DNA of 64,000 nucleotides from positions 7,757-71,756 of IMG/VR virus record IMGVR_UViG_3300045988_104147; one strand, 5' to 3'. A program made the position numbers and the translations under genes. Origin of the DNA: a virus. The notes beneath the pieces are model-generated. The model saw only the letters and a list, made by a program, of their open reading frames with translations, was not told where the DNA came from and did no database searches. Positions 48,301 through 57,808 of the stretch are shown piece by piece; positions within the stretch are counted from its first letter, which is position 1; every line of letters begins with the position of its first letter.

Positions 48301-51300
48301 ACTGTTCCGATTCTACGTCATTCCAAAATCGATCGTTGAATGACAGGTGACCTCCCAACATAAGCGTCTTCAACGCAGCTTCTCCTCCTGACTCGCTCTG
48401 GATCGTTCTTAATTTTTGCAAAAACGATTCTGATACAGTATTAGTGACATTATTTGATTCTTTTCTCCAAACTTCATTTATGGCTTGTATTTCTTTAGCC
48501 ATCTTAAGCTGGTCTCCGGTTTTTTCAACACGTCTGGTACCAACATATATGTATTCCGAAGCTGCTTCCTTACGTTGTTTACGAAGCAGTCCTTCTTCTT
48601 CGTAGTTACTACTCTTATAGTAGGCAACCTCATCAAAATTACCACCGCTATCAATAAAAGGCTGCCTCAATATCCGTTTTTGCCGGGAAAGAGCATTAAG
48701 ATACTCTTTAGTTGTTTGAGAAACCGGATATCCTAATTCTTCTTCAGCCTTTTTGTATATGGATTCCATTCTTGTGGCATAACTTTCGCTAAATTCCAGT
48801 TCCGAATTTTCAGCATCCCACTTTTCCATCTGTTCTGTATAGATCTTTTCCTGCTCGATGGTAAAAATATCGGTATTAACCCTATCAGACGATGGTTTGA
48901 ATTTAGCGTTTTCAGTAACCGTATTTCCATCCTTGTCAACTACTTCTCTTTTAAATACGTAATTACGGTTATTGTCAACCACATCATTTATTTCTTCTTC
49001 TGATATCTCTATGTTCATGGCAGTCGCAAACGCTCGCATCTGCGCCAGCTTCTTATTACGATCGTATTTAGCCATATCAAGAGCACTACGAAGGTAATTA
49101 GAAGTTTTGCCGTCTACTTTCTGAAGCAGTTTTTCAAATTCAGATTTGTTAAAACCATGCTTTTTAGCATATGCCAGGAAGTCGGATATGGCGGGCTGGG
49201 CATTCACCATCGCATTGTAATTGTCTTTGGCAATCATAGCTCCAAGAGCGTTATTGAACGGACTGGAAGAATGCTCTAATATACCGAACCACCTACTTAT
49301 CCAAGAAACATCGTGTTGAACCTTGTCAAAAAATTCTTTTACTCTCTTTACCTTATCTGCCGGCACATGAAGTTCGTTCATTAACTTGTCAAGCAACGTA
49401 CTTTCATCAAGATCTTGTACTGATTTAATATCAGACTGAATACCGTTGATGTCGGCAATGACGGTATTGATCCTATTTGTATAATCCTGCTTTTCACGCT
49501 CATCAAATTCGGTACTTCTGTTACGGATATATCCTCGAAGATCGTTCATGATCGGAAGAACCTGATTGTTGATAATATCTACGTTCTTTCGATCATTGGT
49601 ATTGAAGTGAAGCTTACCGTCTTTGGTATCACCATGAAGGATGGTGTTCACCACATTGCTTAAGTATCTGACCTGAGCTTCGGCTGTAGAGATCATGCTG
49701 TTCATGGCAGCCGCCATCTCATTCTTGTCTATTTCGGTCTCTACTTTATTTATCTTATCTTCTATGGTCTTAAGCTGCGCAAGGGTCATAGACGTAGTTA
49801 CAGCCCTATCAGAGCTTATCTGACGTAAGTCTCTTAATGTTTTCCTTAATGCCAGGATCTTAGACTCAAGAAACTTGTTCTTGTTCATAGAAGAAAGGGA
49901 GTATAATGTAAAGTCATTATCCTTTAACAGAGAAGTGTCAAATCCTTTATCTATGTCAGTAATGGCAAGATCACGAATGTTTTTAATAACGTTATTCAAA
50001 TCTTGTCTTTGAGTAGATAAAGCTGATTTAAGCCAGTTTACAATTCCAGAGAGAAGCTGCCGGACGCGCCCCAGGAAGGAGGTGGGCTCTACCGGCGCCT
50101 GTGCTGTGCCGGTCTGTATCTCCCTGGCGAGGATCTTTCCAAGAATTTCTCTCCTAACAGCATTATCAAGCTCAGCCCCTTCATATACCTTACCGTATGT
50201 ATTATAATACTGACCTGCATACTGGTTCCACTCTTCCGTACCTTCTACATCTTGCAGAACAGCCTCAACAGCATTCTGATCTCTGTATGCCTCTACAAGG
50301 AAGTGGGCTGTTTCTTCTACTAAATCAGATAAAGTAGCATCTTCACCAACTGCTATTACGTTATTAGCAATATCCGCCAATGCCTTAGCAGAAGGTTCGT
50401 GCCCGTATTTGGTTTGATACTTCTCTATATAATCGGTCATACCTATGACACTAACGCCCAACGTTTTCAGTATCTCGACAATAGAATTTCGTTGATCACG
50501 TTCCTGCCTGCTATAATCTGATACGATCTTAGCTTTAGTATCAGCATAAAGATCGTTGTCCTCTAATATGAATGAAACTACAAGCGCATCAAAATGATCG
50601 TACTTGGCGTCCAATTCATTGTATCTTCCTGACTTAAGATCGTTCTTTATCTGCTCTTTGCTAACCCTTTCCGTTCCTCCGGTGGCGAGCCTCATAGTCA
50701 CCTTACTGTTATCCAACGAGCTTATGGTTATCATACCTTGGTCGTTCATGGAAACATCGGAACCAAAATGATTACGGAGCTCGGTGTAGGATAAGGCTGA
50801 ATTGAAAAGTCTAATTTGTCCTGTATGACCTTCTCCTGTAAGATAATAGCTTCTTGTTTCAGGATCGAATATCTTAGATCCGGACAAAAGACCTTTCTTT
50901 ATAAGGTAGTTAATTATACCACCTTTTGTTGATAAAGAAGTAGAAGCAGAAGCGGTCATGACCGGTATAAAAGATTTGGGATTATTAAGAACATACCTTC
51001 CAGCTTTGTAAGTAATGTCTGCCACGCCATCCCAGGCAGATTCTTGAACGGTGCCTGATAAGAATCCTATTCTAATATCATTCCCGCCAGAGCGAAGAGC
51101 TTCTCCGTAATCTTCAAATAATTGACTACGATCGTTCATGAAAAACAAACGAGGCTCTCCGGTCTGATACGTTACACCCACAGGATTAGAATCTGTCTGT
51201 GGTAACTCTTCTGGGCTAAATATCTTAAGACCGTCTTTTATAACCATATAATTAACACCCTTATCCTGTACCATAGATACGGGAGTGAAGTCTGAAGATA

Positions 51301-51775
51301 TGGTATCTTGTAGATACTGCCCGGCGTCTATTCCAGGTCCTTCCGGTACGGAAATACTTGACGGGACCATAGCATCCACCAACATAATATTATCACCCAG
51401 ATTTTGGCTGTAGAATCCAAAGCCCGATTCTTGGATTTCATAAGGTGCATCTGATTTTGACACAAGAACAGGGTTACTCATCTTAGAAGCCTTATCCAGC
51501 ACCCTTTCCCTATAGGCTTCCGGAATAAGATCGATGTTGGATTTCACCTTATTGTAGGCCTGTTTATTAACAGGTACATTCCTTCTCCAGTCGCCAAAAG
51601 CCTTTAAGAACTTATTAGAAAATACGGTTTTAAAAACAGTAGTAGCCCGTTCCCTGTTCTCCATAAGAGGAATAGATGCTATTTTATCAAACAACATAGA
51701 CCTGTCCCCTGATCTGGTAGAGACAGAAACAACTTTCTTTTTATTATCTCTTTTAATAATACACGTTGATGTCAT
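45353..51775 (-). CDS. giant protein (2140 aa), largely alpha-helical; putative virion-associated / injected protein, function unknown
   Basis: uninterrupted 6.4-kb ORF; no catalytic motif recognised by eye. Confidence 0.7.
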   Translation of the reverse strand: MTSTCIIKRDNKKKVVSVSTRSGDRSMLFDKIASIPLMENRERATTVFKTVFSNKFLKAFGDWRRNVPVNKQAYNKVKSNIDLIPEAYRERVLDKASKMSNPVLVSKSDAPYEIQESGFGFYSQNLGDNIMLVDAMVPSSISVPEGPGIDAGQYLQDTISSDFTPVSMVQDKGVNYMVIKDGLKIFSPEELPQTDSNPVGVTYQTGEPRLFFMNDRSQLFEDYGEALRSGGNDIRIGFLSGTVQESAWDGVADITYKAGRYVLNNPKSFIPVMTASASTSLSTKGGIINYLIKKGLLSGSKIFDPETRSYYLTGEGHTGQIRLFNSALSYTELRNHFGSDVSMNDQGMITISSLDNSKVTMRLATGGTERVSKEQIKNDLKSGRYNELDAKYDHFDALVVSFILEDNDLYADTKAKIVSDYSRQERDQRNSIVEILKTLGVSVIGMTDYIEKYQTKYGHEPSAKALADIANNVIAVGEDATLSDLVEETAHFLVEAYRDQNAVEAVLQDVEGTEEWNQYAGQYYNTYGKVYEGAELDNAVRREILGKILAREIQTGTAQAPVEPTSFLGRVRQLLSGIVNWLKSALSTQRQDLNNVIKNIRDLAITDIDKGFDTSLLKDNDFTLYSLSSMNKNKFLESKILALRKTLRDLRQISSDRAVTTSMTLAQLKTIEDKINKVETEIDKNEMAAAMNSMISTAEAQVRYLSNVVNTILHGDTKDGKLHFNTNDRKNVDIINNQVLPIMNDLRGYIRNRSTEFDEREKQDYTNRINTVIADINGIQSDIKSVQDLDESTLLDKLMNELHVPADKVKRVKEFFDKVQHDVSWISRWFGILEHSSSPFNNALGAMIAKDNYNAMVNAQPAISDFLAYAKKHGFNKSEFEKLLQKVDGKTSNYLRSALDMAKYDRNKKLAQMRAFATAMNIEISEEEINDVVDNNRNYVFKREVVDKDGNTVTENAKFKPSSDRVNTDIFTIEQEKIYTEQMEKWDAENSELEFSESYATRMESIYKKAEEELGYPVSQTTKEYLNALSRQKRILRQPFIDSGGNFDEVAYYKSSNYEEEGLLRKQRKEAASEYIYVGTRRVEKTGDQLKMAKEIQAINEVWRKESNNVTNTVSESFLQKLRTIQSESGGEAALKTLMLGGHLSFNDRFWNDVESEQSARTESNNKASYLKMAHDIISSTTSDRDATDVDSIVKDIEKNKAIIKEIIGNNRDVADIGEINEATFTSSERDAFRAASEAIEADYAILIDYAKMVGLEDIDKYLTKSSKAENEVNQSYLNALADSKEVEWKFVQRHTTAKKAKRIQALRDKLFKAADNRYLFTVSETNYLSEKLGISKELDGRDFRNAVNAKMASLFLNNTREEGVEEANAIVNEFARGQVFSYYKRMAPTGYAAMIDKIGRGEIDVAQMVKDVQNGTSTQDYGMNISYLSFDPARAWVAESEAENNGRNPDYVKDHGYGHRMPKKSLYRDESYFNDFGIKYDADGNEVATKNVEQWNMIQKLKEIKRQSLDLYKEQSPNLYAIPQISKQDIERIEGLGINFKNTVRNFVSDLCLDRVDDSLYGKTRQGEVYDPEDRLRSIPKYYIYELENQDDVSHDFGYSYSMLMMQSSLYNEKQKSIELAQGLEQMLLNKQFEGGKKAEATQAYQMFRDFFNDHYYGIRMNTKKLTVNIGGYTVDLTRIMMAVERFMSVMNLALSPFVAATGALTGHINLIMESAVGQYISKDSLKYASAEFSRLAPSCIAETGDIDRKSKLYVIGERMGIFNIRNRMYGAGYNRVARTLMRSPMYAFMEILNYPLDPQVMIATMDNVRYYKGRFYTFQDFKMEKERNKEQSTIKREWNALKDRTLWSMVDVVDGKVVVKPGSGVTVEEVETQMAITRNQVRSLSQICNGSLNEENRTAASRNWIARFMTAHRGWLVLAAQRLWKRRGFNFQTMQEEEGLSITLKNMIAKTFSLASESGMKNIIDAWNENKDNMNEVEKTNLKRLSVYAGTFLIMQAVSMLLAGWRDDDENEESWLTQFGSYVGFRTINEIASQMPFIMELNVVDIINDPFVMGRKLKDLTDLRNYSLDKVTSGTYKGESKLFRQLAKQTFIKQWYNIKTPEDVARAYNWWQQTNNKSMMFFIGATPDSEGDDDVSYK

Positions 51776-51916
51776 AGTAAAACATTTTTGTTATGAGACA
51801 AAGGTAGTTAAAAATCAAGCATATCATAAAAAATAAAGCCACCTAACTTCTCAGTCTGATGGCTTAAAATGATATGAAAAAAAATTATAATCTGACGAAA
51901 AATCGTCAAGTTCAGC

Positions 51917-52240
51917 TTATATGTAATGCATGTACCCATCTCGGTGAATAAACCTTCCCGATTCAAAGCGCTCAATATCTTCAGGGCAAATAGGGCCCGA
52001 ATCCTCTCTCCTGGCTTCAAACCAAAGCCCCGGCTTACGAAGTCGGCAAGTTATGATATAGTTAAAGCAATTGTGCGTAAAATGGAAAACAGATCCTACA
52101 GGGAAATACCTATCAGCTTGAAATACGATTCTTTTTCGTTTAGTATCAAACGTGATATCTCCTACTATCTTAGCCACGTAATAGCTTCTGCCATTTAACG
52201 TTTCATCTGTTTGTGGTATCCAATAATAACCTCTTGCCAT
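51917..52240 (-). CDS. hypothetical protein
   Basis: ORF track. Confidence 0.4.
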   Translation of the reverse strand: MARGYYWIPQTDETLNGRSYYVAKIVGDITFDTKRKRIVFQADRYFPVGSVFHFTHNCFNYIITCRLRKPGLWFEARREDSGPICPEDIERFESGRFIHRDGYMHYI

Positions 52241-52278
52241 GCCACAAATATATGAAAAAGTCGGATAACTTACGTACC

Positions 52279-52590
52279 CTACTCTATTATTTGTTTAAAT
52301 AGTCCAATTTCATCTATTTTGACATGACCGCTTTGCATACGACCATTATTAGGATTATGTAGAAAATTGAAACCACTTTCTTTTTCCTGTCTTTCAAAAG
52401 AGCTGATATCCTTTCCTCTACGGGCTCTTTCAAAAGCTTTATTGAACAACTTGCCTCTAAAGGTCTTGACGAGGATCTTGGTAGCGTTATTGCCGGCTCT
52501 TACCATTGCTTTCCTTGCCCGGTCCTCCGAGACAAAACTGCTTCGGAAAATATACGATGCTGCTGCTTGTATATCTTGTTTAGTAATCAT
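52279..52590 (-). CDS. hypothetical protein
   Basis: ORF track. Confidence 0.4.
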   Translation of the reverse strand: MITKQDIQAAASYIFRSSFVSEDRARKAMVRAGNNATKILVKTFRGKLFNKAFERARRGKDISSFERQEKESGFNFLHNPNNGRMQSGHVKIDEIGLFKQIIE

Positions 52591-52940
52591 ATGCCAAACA
52601 TTCCTTTCAAGATACTATTTTTTATACTATATATCAATTTCATCTCATCTCTATCATATACGCCAAAAAAGGATTCACTGGGGTCCTTTGGATTTACGCT
52701 CAGTTGAATTATACAATTGTAAAGATAGACCTTAAGTTCATAATTATCAGAGTATCTATCCCGTATGGTTTCAAATGTCTTAATTAATTCTTCAACAAGT
52801 ACTCTGCTAAATGAAAAAGGTTCTCTACAATCACCTTTAAATATGATATGATTTAAATCATTGGTATTATCAAATTCGTACTCTACCCGACTGTCGTCCA
52901 TCATATCATAAGTGATTGACTTTTTGATTTTAAATCCCAT
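52587..52940 (-). CDS. hypothetical protein
   Basis: ORF track; ATGA coupling. Confidence 0.4.
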   Translation of the reverse strand: MGFKIKKSITYDMMDDSRVEYEFDNTNDLNHIIFKGDCREPFSFSRVLVEELIKTFETIRDRYSDNYELKVYLYNCIIQLSVNPKDPSESFFGVYDRDEMKLIYSIKNSILKGMFGI

Positions 52941-52958
52941 ATTATTTTGTTTTTTTAG

Positions 52959-53264
52959 TTAATATAGATCTTCTGAATACAATTGTTCTCTAATGGCACT
53001 CCTATCTACTACCATTTCCTGATTATTGCTCTTAACAAGTTCAGATGCTTCCTCTCTTGTTAAAAAATGATTCTTGCTTGTCAAAAATCCTTGAACACTA
53101 CAGTTTTTATGGGCTATACCGTATGCCGCAAGTTGAGATAGTATAGAGGGGTGTCTCAATCCACAGAACACGGTGCCGGATGGTATATTGGTGGGCTGAT
53201 AGGGTCGTTTCTTGTCGTCCTGTACCCAGATGGCCGCGCATATCACGATTTCTTTATTACACAT
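52959..53264 (-). CDS. hypothetical protein
   Basis: ORF track. Confidence 0.4.
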   Translation of the reverse strand: MCNKEIVICAAIWVQDDKKRPYQPTNIPSGTVFCGLRHPSILSQLAAYGIAHKNCSVQGFLTSKNHFLTREEASELVKSNNQEMVVDRSAIREQLYSEDLY

Positions 53265-53266
53265 GA

Positions 53267-53557
53267 CTATAAATTTAATATTCCGTTTTTGCCAATATGC
53301 TTCTTTTCTTCTTCAGTAGGCCATTCTTTCTTGAACTTACCATGCCACGTTCCAGGAACTACCACCACTTCGCCTCCCTTACTATATTCAATAGCGGCAC
53401 ATTCAGAACAAAGAGGCTTGCCTTCATATCCCTTTAGCGACTTATCGTAAATACGATTCTTACAAGGTCTCATAAGAGCCCAGTAATATGATGTGGCTGT
53501 ATTATCTATACAGCCACATTTTGAACACACAAACAAACTCATTTCGTAATCTCCCAA
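53267..53557 (-). CDS. zinc-ribbon protein (CSKCGC...CSEC)
   Basis: ORF track plus CxxC pairs. Confidence 0.4.
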   Translation of the reverse strand: MGDYEMSLFVCSKCGCIDNTATSYYWALMRPCKNRIYDKSLKGYEGKPLCSECAAIEYSKGGEVVVVPGTWHGKFKKEWPTEEEKKHIGKNGILNL

Positions 53558-54435
53558 TCATTTGACGATATATCTTCTATACTTGGGTTCCACGATGTCA
53601 GCCTCCGTGTTTCTTCATTTATAATTATGATCAATGACTTTTCCACATGAATTGAGCTAACACCACTTCTTCTAAAAGCATCAAGATGTTCATTTTTCCA
53701 TCCACGTCTTTTGATCATATTACCATCTTTCAGAAATTTAAAAGCTTCTTCAAATGTTAAACCTGACTTCTTTTGATTAAGATACTGTTCAAGTCTGTCG
53801 GCGGCTTCATTTGGTGTATGGCCATCATATTCGAAAGAGGTTTCTCTCTCTGGAACATCAAACAAATCCCAGTACTTGCTTTCATAGTGATTAGACACCT
53901 GACCAGTGGGTAACATTGCCATCACAATAAACCAATCATCAGAACCGAAGCATTTTTCTCCGTCGCTGTGCCTTCTTGATTTGCAAACTTCAACCTGTCC
54001 GTTTCTGGCTAATAGATTAAAGAAGGCGGCGTTGTACAACATACGGTACCGATACAATTCATTGAAAGTATGGTATCCGTCAGAAACTTCTCCCATGTCT
54101 ACAGGCTTCTTGTTTTGAATACTACCCAAAATATTCTCTACATAGAGCTGTATTTTATACAGACCCATTTCGGTGTGGCCGTATTTGTTCAAGATCTTAT
54201 TGACATCGTATTGTATATTAAAATCTTTTTCAAATTCTACTTCAGGATGATTCGGATAGCAGTAGTCCACTGATGCTTCTAACACTGACTTTACGTGTTC
54301 TATTATCCTCGCAACATCATCATGTTTAAAAAAATGCTTAAATCTTTCAACGAATTTAATATCTTCGTTGATTGCTGATTCGAACTCTTCTTTTGTCATC
54401 ACTCTAACTACATCTTTAAAATCTTTTAATTCCAT
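53539..54435 (-). CDS. hypothetical protein (298 aa)
   Basis: ORF track. Confidence 0.5.
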   Translation of the reverse strand: MELKDFKDVVRVMTKEEFESAINEDIKFVERFKHFFKHDDVARIIEHVKSVLEASVDYCYPNHPEVEFEKDFNIQYDVNKILNKYGHTEMGLYKIQLYVENILGSIQNKKPVDMGEVSDGYHTFNELYRYRMLYNAAFFNLLARNGQVEVCKSRRHSDGEKCFGSDDWFIVMAMLPTGQVSNHYESKYWDLFDVPERETSFEYDGHTPNEAADRLEQYLNQKKSGLTFEEAFKFLKDGNMIKRRGWKNEHLDAFRRSGVSSIHVEKSLIIIINEETRRLTSWNPSIEDISSNDWEITK

Positions 54436-54455
54436 GATTTGTTTTAAATTAGTTG

Positions 54456-55088
54456 TTATACTTTCTTTATCCTACAATACAAACCCCATAAGAACTCGGC
54501 AGAAAAACCATTCCATGCATTATTCTGCCAAATATCTACTTTGTTAATAAACCAAGACCATGTAGGACCATCATATGAAGAATCAGATGATGATCCCAAT
54601 CCGATTTTCTCCATTTCATTCGCCACATCAGAATAAGGATCTAAAATGACTCCCCTAATCATGTTAATAATATCATCCTTATCTAACGTAAATTGAAACT
54701 GCTCCTTGTTAGTAGGCGGATCTTGATTCAATTTACCAGTCGCAAGCCATTCTCCATCATGATACAATTCGGCAAGTTTCTTTACCTTATTTTTAAGAAA
54801 AGAATACTCTTGTATGACTTCCATAAAATTAGCTTCGTTAGCTTTACCCTCTATGAAGATAACGGTTTTGCTTCCAGGTCTATGATCGTCTAAGCTTGCC
54901 GGGATTCCCAATATCGTCCATCCTTTAAACTCAGCTATCTTAAAACGCATAACGTCAAACACCTTATAGAAATCATCACAATCTACAGATTCTATTACCT
55001 TAATATCCTCTTCTGTGAATCTACCTCGTATTGGAATAACGTGATGACCAGGGCAGCCATCGGTTCCGAAATATGCGATTCTAACCAC
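54456..55088 (-). CDS. hypothetical protein (210 aa)
   Basis: ORF track. Confidence 0.5.
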   Translation of the reverse strand: MVRIAYFGTDGCPGHHVIPIRGRFTEEDIKVIESVDCDDFYKVFDVMRFKIAEFKGWTILGIPASLDDHRPGSKTVIFIEGKANEANFMEVIQEYSFLKNKVKKLAELYHDGEWLATGKLNQDPPTNKEQFQFTLDKDDIINMIRGVILDPYSDVANEMEKIGLGSSSDSSYDGPTWSWFINKVDIWQNNAWNGFSAEFLWGLYCRIKKV

Positions 55089-55108
55089 GATATCTACAAT
55101 ATTTTAAT

Positions 55109-55324
55109 TTATTTTGCTAAAATATTCATATAACACGGCACATCTACTACGTCTCTTCTACGGATACGCTTATCGAAATAGGAAACCATATAAGTATTTT
55201 TACCTTCGTGATCAGGTCTGGGATCGAAACATTCAAAAACGAATCTTGTTACACCTTCCAAATGACCGAGCATGAAAACAAATTCGCCACCGTATCTTTT
55301 ATTAGCTAATTCTTCTACAGTCAT
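55109..55324 (-). CDS. hypothetical protein
   Basis: ORF track. Confidence 0.4.
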   Translation of the reverse strand: MTVEELANKRYGGEFVFMLGHLEGVTRFVFECFDPRPDHEGKNTYMVSYFDKRIRRRDVVDVPCYMNILAK

Positions 55325-55548
55325 AACCTATCCCCTCCCAATCCTGAATTGATGCTAACGTACTTGACACGAACTTCATTTCCACGTCCAAGCTGACCCC
55401 AGCCGGGCGATGGCGTTCCCTTAGCCGGAGCAGGGACAGCCCTAAGCCGAGACCAGTCCTGCTTTTGCCTCATGGCTTCAGCCTCTTTGTAATACCGGTT
55501 ACACAGTTCTTGATCTTCGTAACCAACATAATCTTCCTTATTTTCCAT
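55321..55548 (-). CDS. hypothetical protein
   Basis: ORF track; ATGA coupling. Confidence 0.4.
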   Translation of the reverse strand: MENKEDYVGYEDQELCNRYYKEAEAMRQKQDWSRLRAVPAPAKGTPSPGWGQLGRGNEVRVKYVSINSGLGGDRL

Positions 55549-55611
55549 ATAGAATACTTTTTCAACAAAAGTACGACATTTATGAATTAATTAGATTTAA
55601 AATAAAACAAT

Positions 55612-55653
55612 ATGAATTAAAATAAAAACCCGATACGTTAAAATCGCATCGGG
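55612..55653 (-). terminator. rho-independent terminator on - strand (cccgat.cg / cg.atcggg hairpin followed by TTTTTATTTT)
   Basis: hairpin 55629..55653 plus T-run, downstream of the 55678..55860 gene. Confidence 0.45.
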
Positions 55654-55677
55654 CCCGGTATTGAAAAAAAAATAGGT

Positions 55678-55860
55678 TCAGATCTTGGGTAAAGATTCGA
55701 GCCAATTTTTAACATCTTTATATTTAGGGTCTTTGTCTATTCTATCTTTCAGTTCATGCAATGCTGAGTCCATAACCGTATTCGGTACGCCAATCAACTC
55801 TCCTATTAAATACAAGGGGGTTTTATTCGATTTAGATTCGTGTGCTATATTCATGTCCAA
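55678..55860 (-). CDS. hypothetical small protein
   Basis: ORF track. Confidence 0.35.
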   Translation of the reverse strand: MDMNIAHESKSNKTPLYLIGELIGVPNTVMDSALHELKDRIDKDPKYKDVKNWLESLPKI

Positions 55861-56018
55861 AAAAAAGTTATGTGAAACAAACCGGCCACGGGTATTCTAT
55901 TGCCCGCCGACCGGTATAATATTTTTATTCCTTTTTTTCCAAACGGGAAAAACGGGAATGCGGGAATCATATTTTTTACTATGGCTCCCGCACCACCGGA
56001 AGGACCTGGGTCTGGATC

Positions 56019-56312
56019 TCAGGTCAGATCCTTCCAGTTTATTTTTTCGCCGAGGTAATCTTGCACGGCAAGCCATCTTATAAAGGCTACTCCTTCGGGA
56101 GCATCCGGATCATCCAAATACATTAACGTAGCTTTCACCAACTCGTTCTCACATTTGAAGACCTTCGGAAAACCATCCGAATAGTACATTGCAAAGACAT
56201 ATTGGACATCGCCCCATGTCGCTTTATCCGGCTTCTTCGCTCCGCACTTTTCAAAAATATCTTTTATTTCCGGCTGCTTCCAGATCCTCTTGGATCCATC
56301 GACGTTGACCAT
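56019..56312 (-). CDS. hypothetical protein
   Basis: ORF track; same frame as the upstream G/R/Y-rich ORF, separated by a single TGA. Confidence 0.4.
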   Translation of the reverse strand: MVNVDGSKRIWKQPEIKDIFEKCGAKKPDKATWGDVQYVFAMYYSDGFPKVFKCENELVKATLMYLDDPDAPEGVAFIRWLAVQDYLGEKINWKDLT

Positions 56313-56405
56313 CTTCTTTACCGCCTCATCAGCAAGAGCATTAGAAAAATGGTAGCCGTAAGTATCTACATATTTCTGATAAGCTGGATCCTCTGCGTCT
56401 GCTCC

Positions 56406-56663
56406 TCAATAAGAACGACCTCTGCCACGTCCGCGACCTCTACGCATCTGAGGTCCGTCACCGTAGTATCTGTCGTCTCCATAGTAATCGGTCGGGTAGG
56501 ATTCGTAACCCATCCTCCGGTATTCCCGGTCCTCCATTTCATGACGACGTTCGCGCTCTTCGAGCCTTCTTTCCCTTTCTTCCAGCTCGTTTTCGCGTTC
56601 TTCCATTTCTTTCATCTTCTCATGCATACCGTAATGGTCGTAAATACCACCACCGTACCCCAT
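56406..56663 (-). CDS. low-complexity G/Y/R/E-rich protein (ERE repeats, C-terminal RGRGRGRGRSY)
   Basis: ORF track; overlaps the 3' end of the Bro-N ORF by 52 nt in another frame. Confidence 0.3.
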   Translation of the reverse strand: MGYGGGIYDHYGMHEKMKEMEERENELEERERRLEERERRHEMEDREYRRMGYESYPTDYYGDDRYYGDGPQMRRGRGRGRGRSY

Positions 56664-57178
56664 GTACGTCCCATCAGAACGCCGGCTTCTGCCTCTGCCT
56701 GCGACTTTTCGGCTATAGCTTTTTGAGCAGCTTCATATTGATCAGCCCAGGCTCTTGCTGCATCTGCCGGATTAGAAAAGTCAGGGACCAAAATTCCCTT
56801 TCCACCGGAACTTGTTTTATATTCTCCTGTTTTACGAATAGAAGGAAGAACCTCAGATGTTACCCATTTCTTAAATCTCTTAGCAGACTCTAATTTTGAA
56901 GATAATATAAGAGAATATAAACCAGATTCATTAATTATTCTTATACTATCTATATATCTGGTTTTCAATATAGATCGTTTTACGCCCCATTGATTATCAG
57001 ATACTTGCAAAAGCATAGAATCATCATCATCTACATGTCTTTTTACCGCATCTTTAGCATTTATATATCCAAGAGATTTAGCCACATCTGACGCCACAAA
57101 CCAAACATCTCCTTTTGGATCTACAATAATTCTAAGCTCTCCAAAATCCGAACTTTCAAAAACAGAAACTTTATCCAT
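56612..57178 (-). CDS. Bro-N domain protein (phage antirepressor-like DNA-binding domain: WFVASDVAKSLGY...)
   Basis: Bro-N signature read by eye; start trimmed to MDKVSVF. Confidence 0.55.
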   Translation of the reverse strand: MDKVSVFESSDFGELRIIVDPKGDVWFVASDVAKSLGYINAKDAVKRHVDDDDSMLLQVSDNQWGVKRSILKTRYIDSIRIINESGLYSLILSSKLESAKRFKKWVTSEVLPSIRKTGEYKTSSGGKGILVPDFSNPADAARAWADQYEAAQKAIAEKSQAEAEAGVLMGRTWGTVVVFTTITVCMRR

Positions 57179-57355
57179 GATAAAAAAATAGGCCCAAAAG
57201 AGAATGTCAGATCCCACTATGACAAACCCTAATGAGCCAAAAATATCTTTCAACATCAAACAACCAGAGGTGGGATCTCGTTGTTCATTGTTTCTGGAGC
57301 AAAGATAGGAACAGGATTTTAAATAGCAAATATTTTAATACTTTTTAAATCAAAC

Positions 57356-57381
57356 CAGGGCCCGCATCACTGCGAGCCCTG
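57356..57381 (-). terminator. GC-rich hairpin (cagggcccgca tcac tgcgagccctg) downstream of the small - strand gene
   Basis: 11-bp imperfect palindrome in an intergenic gap. Confidence 0.35.
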
Positions 57382-57456
57382 ATCTCTAAACTAATACCAT
57401 GAAAAACTTAAATCTAAAAACTAAAGAACACACAAATGTATGAAAATGTATGGTTT

Positions 57457-57654
57457 TCACAAAGAATCTGTATCCTGTTCTTTGGTATGGTTAAGTACAT
57501 GGGATATAGTTCTGATACTTAATCCGGTTTGATTTTGTATCAGATTATAAATATAGGATTTTGAAACTACAGTTCTTAATTGACCTAAATCATTCATAAT
57601 GTTTTTATACATAAGATGAATGCTGTTGTTACGTTTGATGGTACTGATTCTCAT
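57457..57654 (-). CDS. small putative DNA-binding (HTH-like) protein
   Basis: ORF track; isolated between two hairpins. Confidence 0.4.
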   Translation of the reverse strand: MRISTIKRNNSIHLMYKNIMNDLGQLRTVVSKSYIYNLIQNQTGLSIRTISHVLNHTKEQDTDSL

Positions 57655-57808
57655 TTCCTACTGTTATTAGTTACGTTCGGTTCTTACTTTTTCCTTATTT
57701 CCATAATCCCTTCCTGAAACTAATATTGCAAACTTAATAAAAATAATTCATAAACAATGAAAATCTAACTTTTCTTGTATGTTATTGATATACGTACATA
57801 TATGAGAA

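Noticed and set aside
45716-48736. + strand ORFs inside the 2140-aa gene, and similar antisense ORFs inside other long genes (e.g. 58428..59177, 61614..61985, 63158..63517, 2379..2798, 21027..21605)
   Set aside because: They are antisense to long, clearly coding ORFs and have low-complexity or hydrophobic junk composition typical of shadow ORFs.
56312-56406. Stop-codon recoding (TGA read as sense) linking the G/R/Y-rich ORF to ORF 56019..56312
   Set aside because: The 2140-aa, 759-aa and 1045-aa ORFs are intact under the standard code with no in-frame TGA or TAG. A recoded late-gene code is therefore unlikely, and the single in-frame TGA is most simply a real stop.
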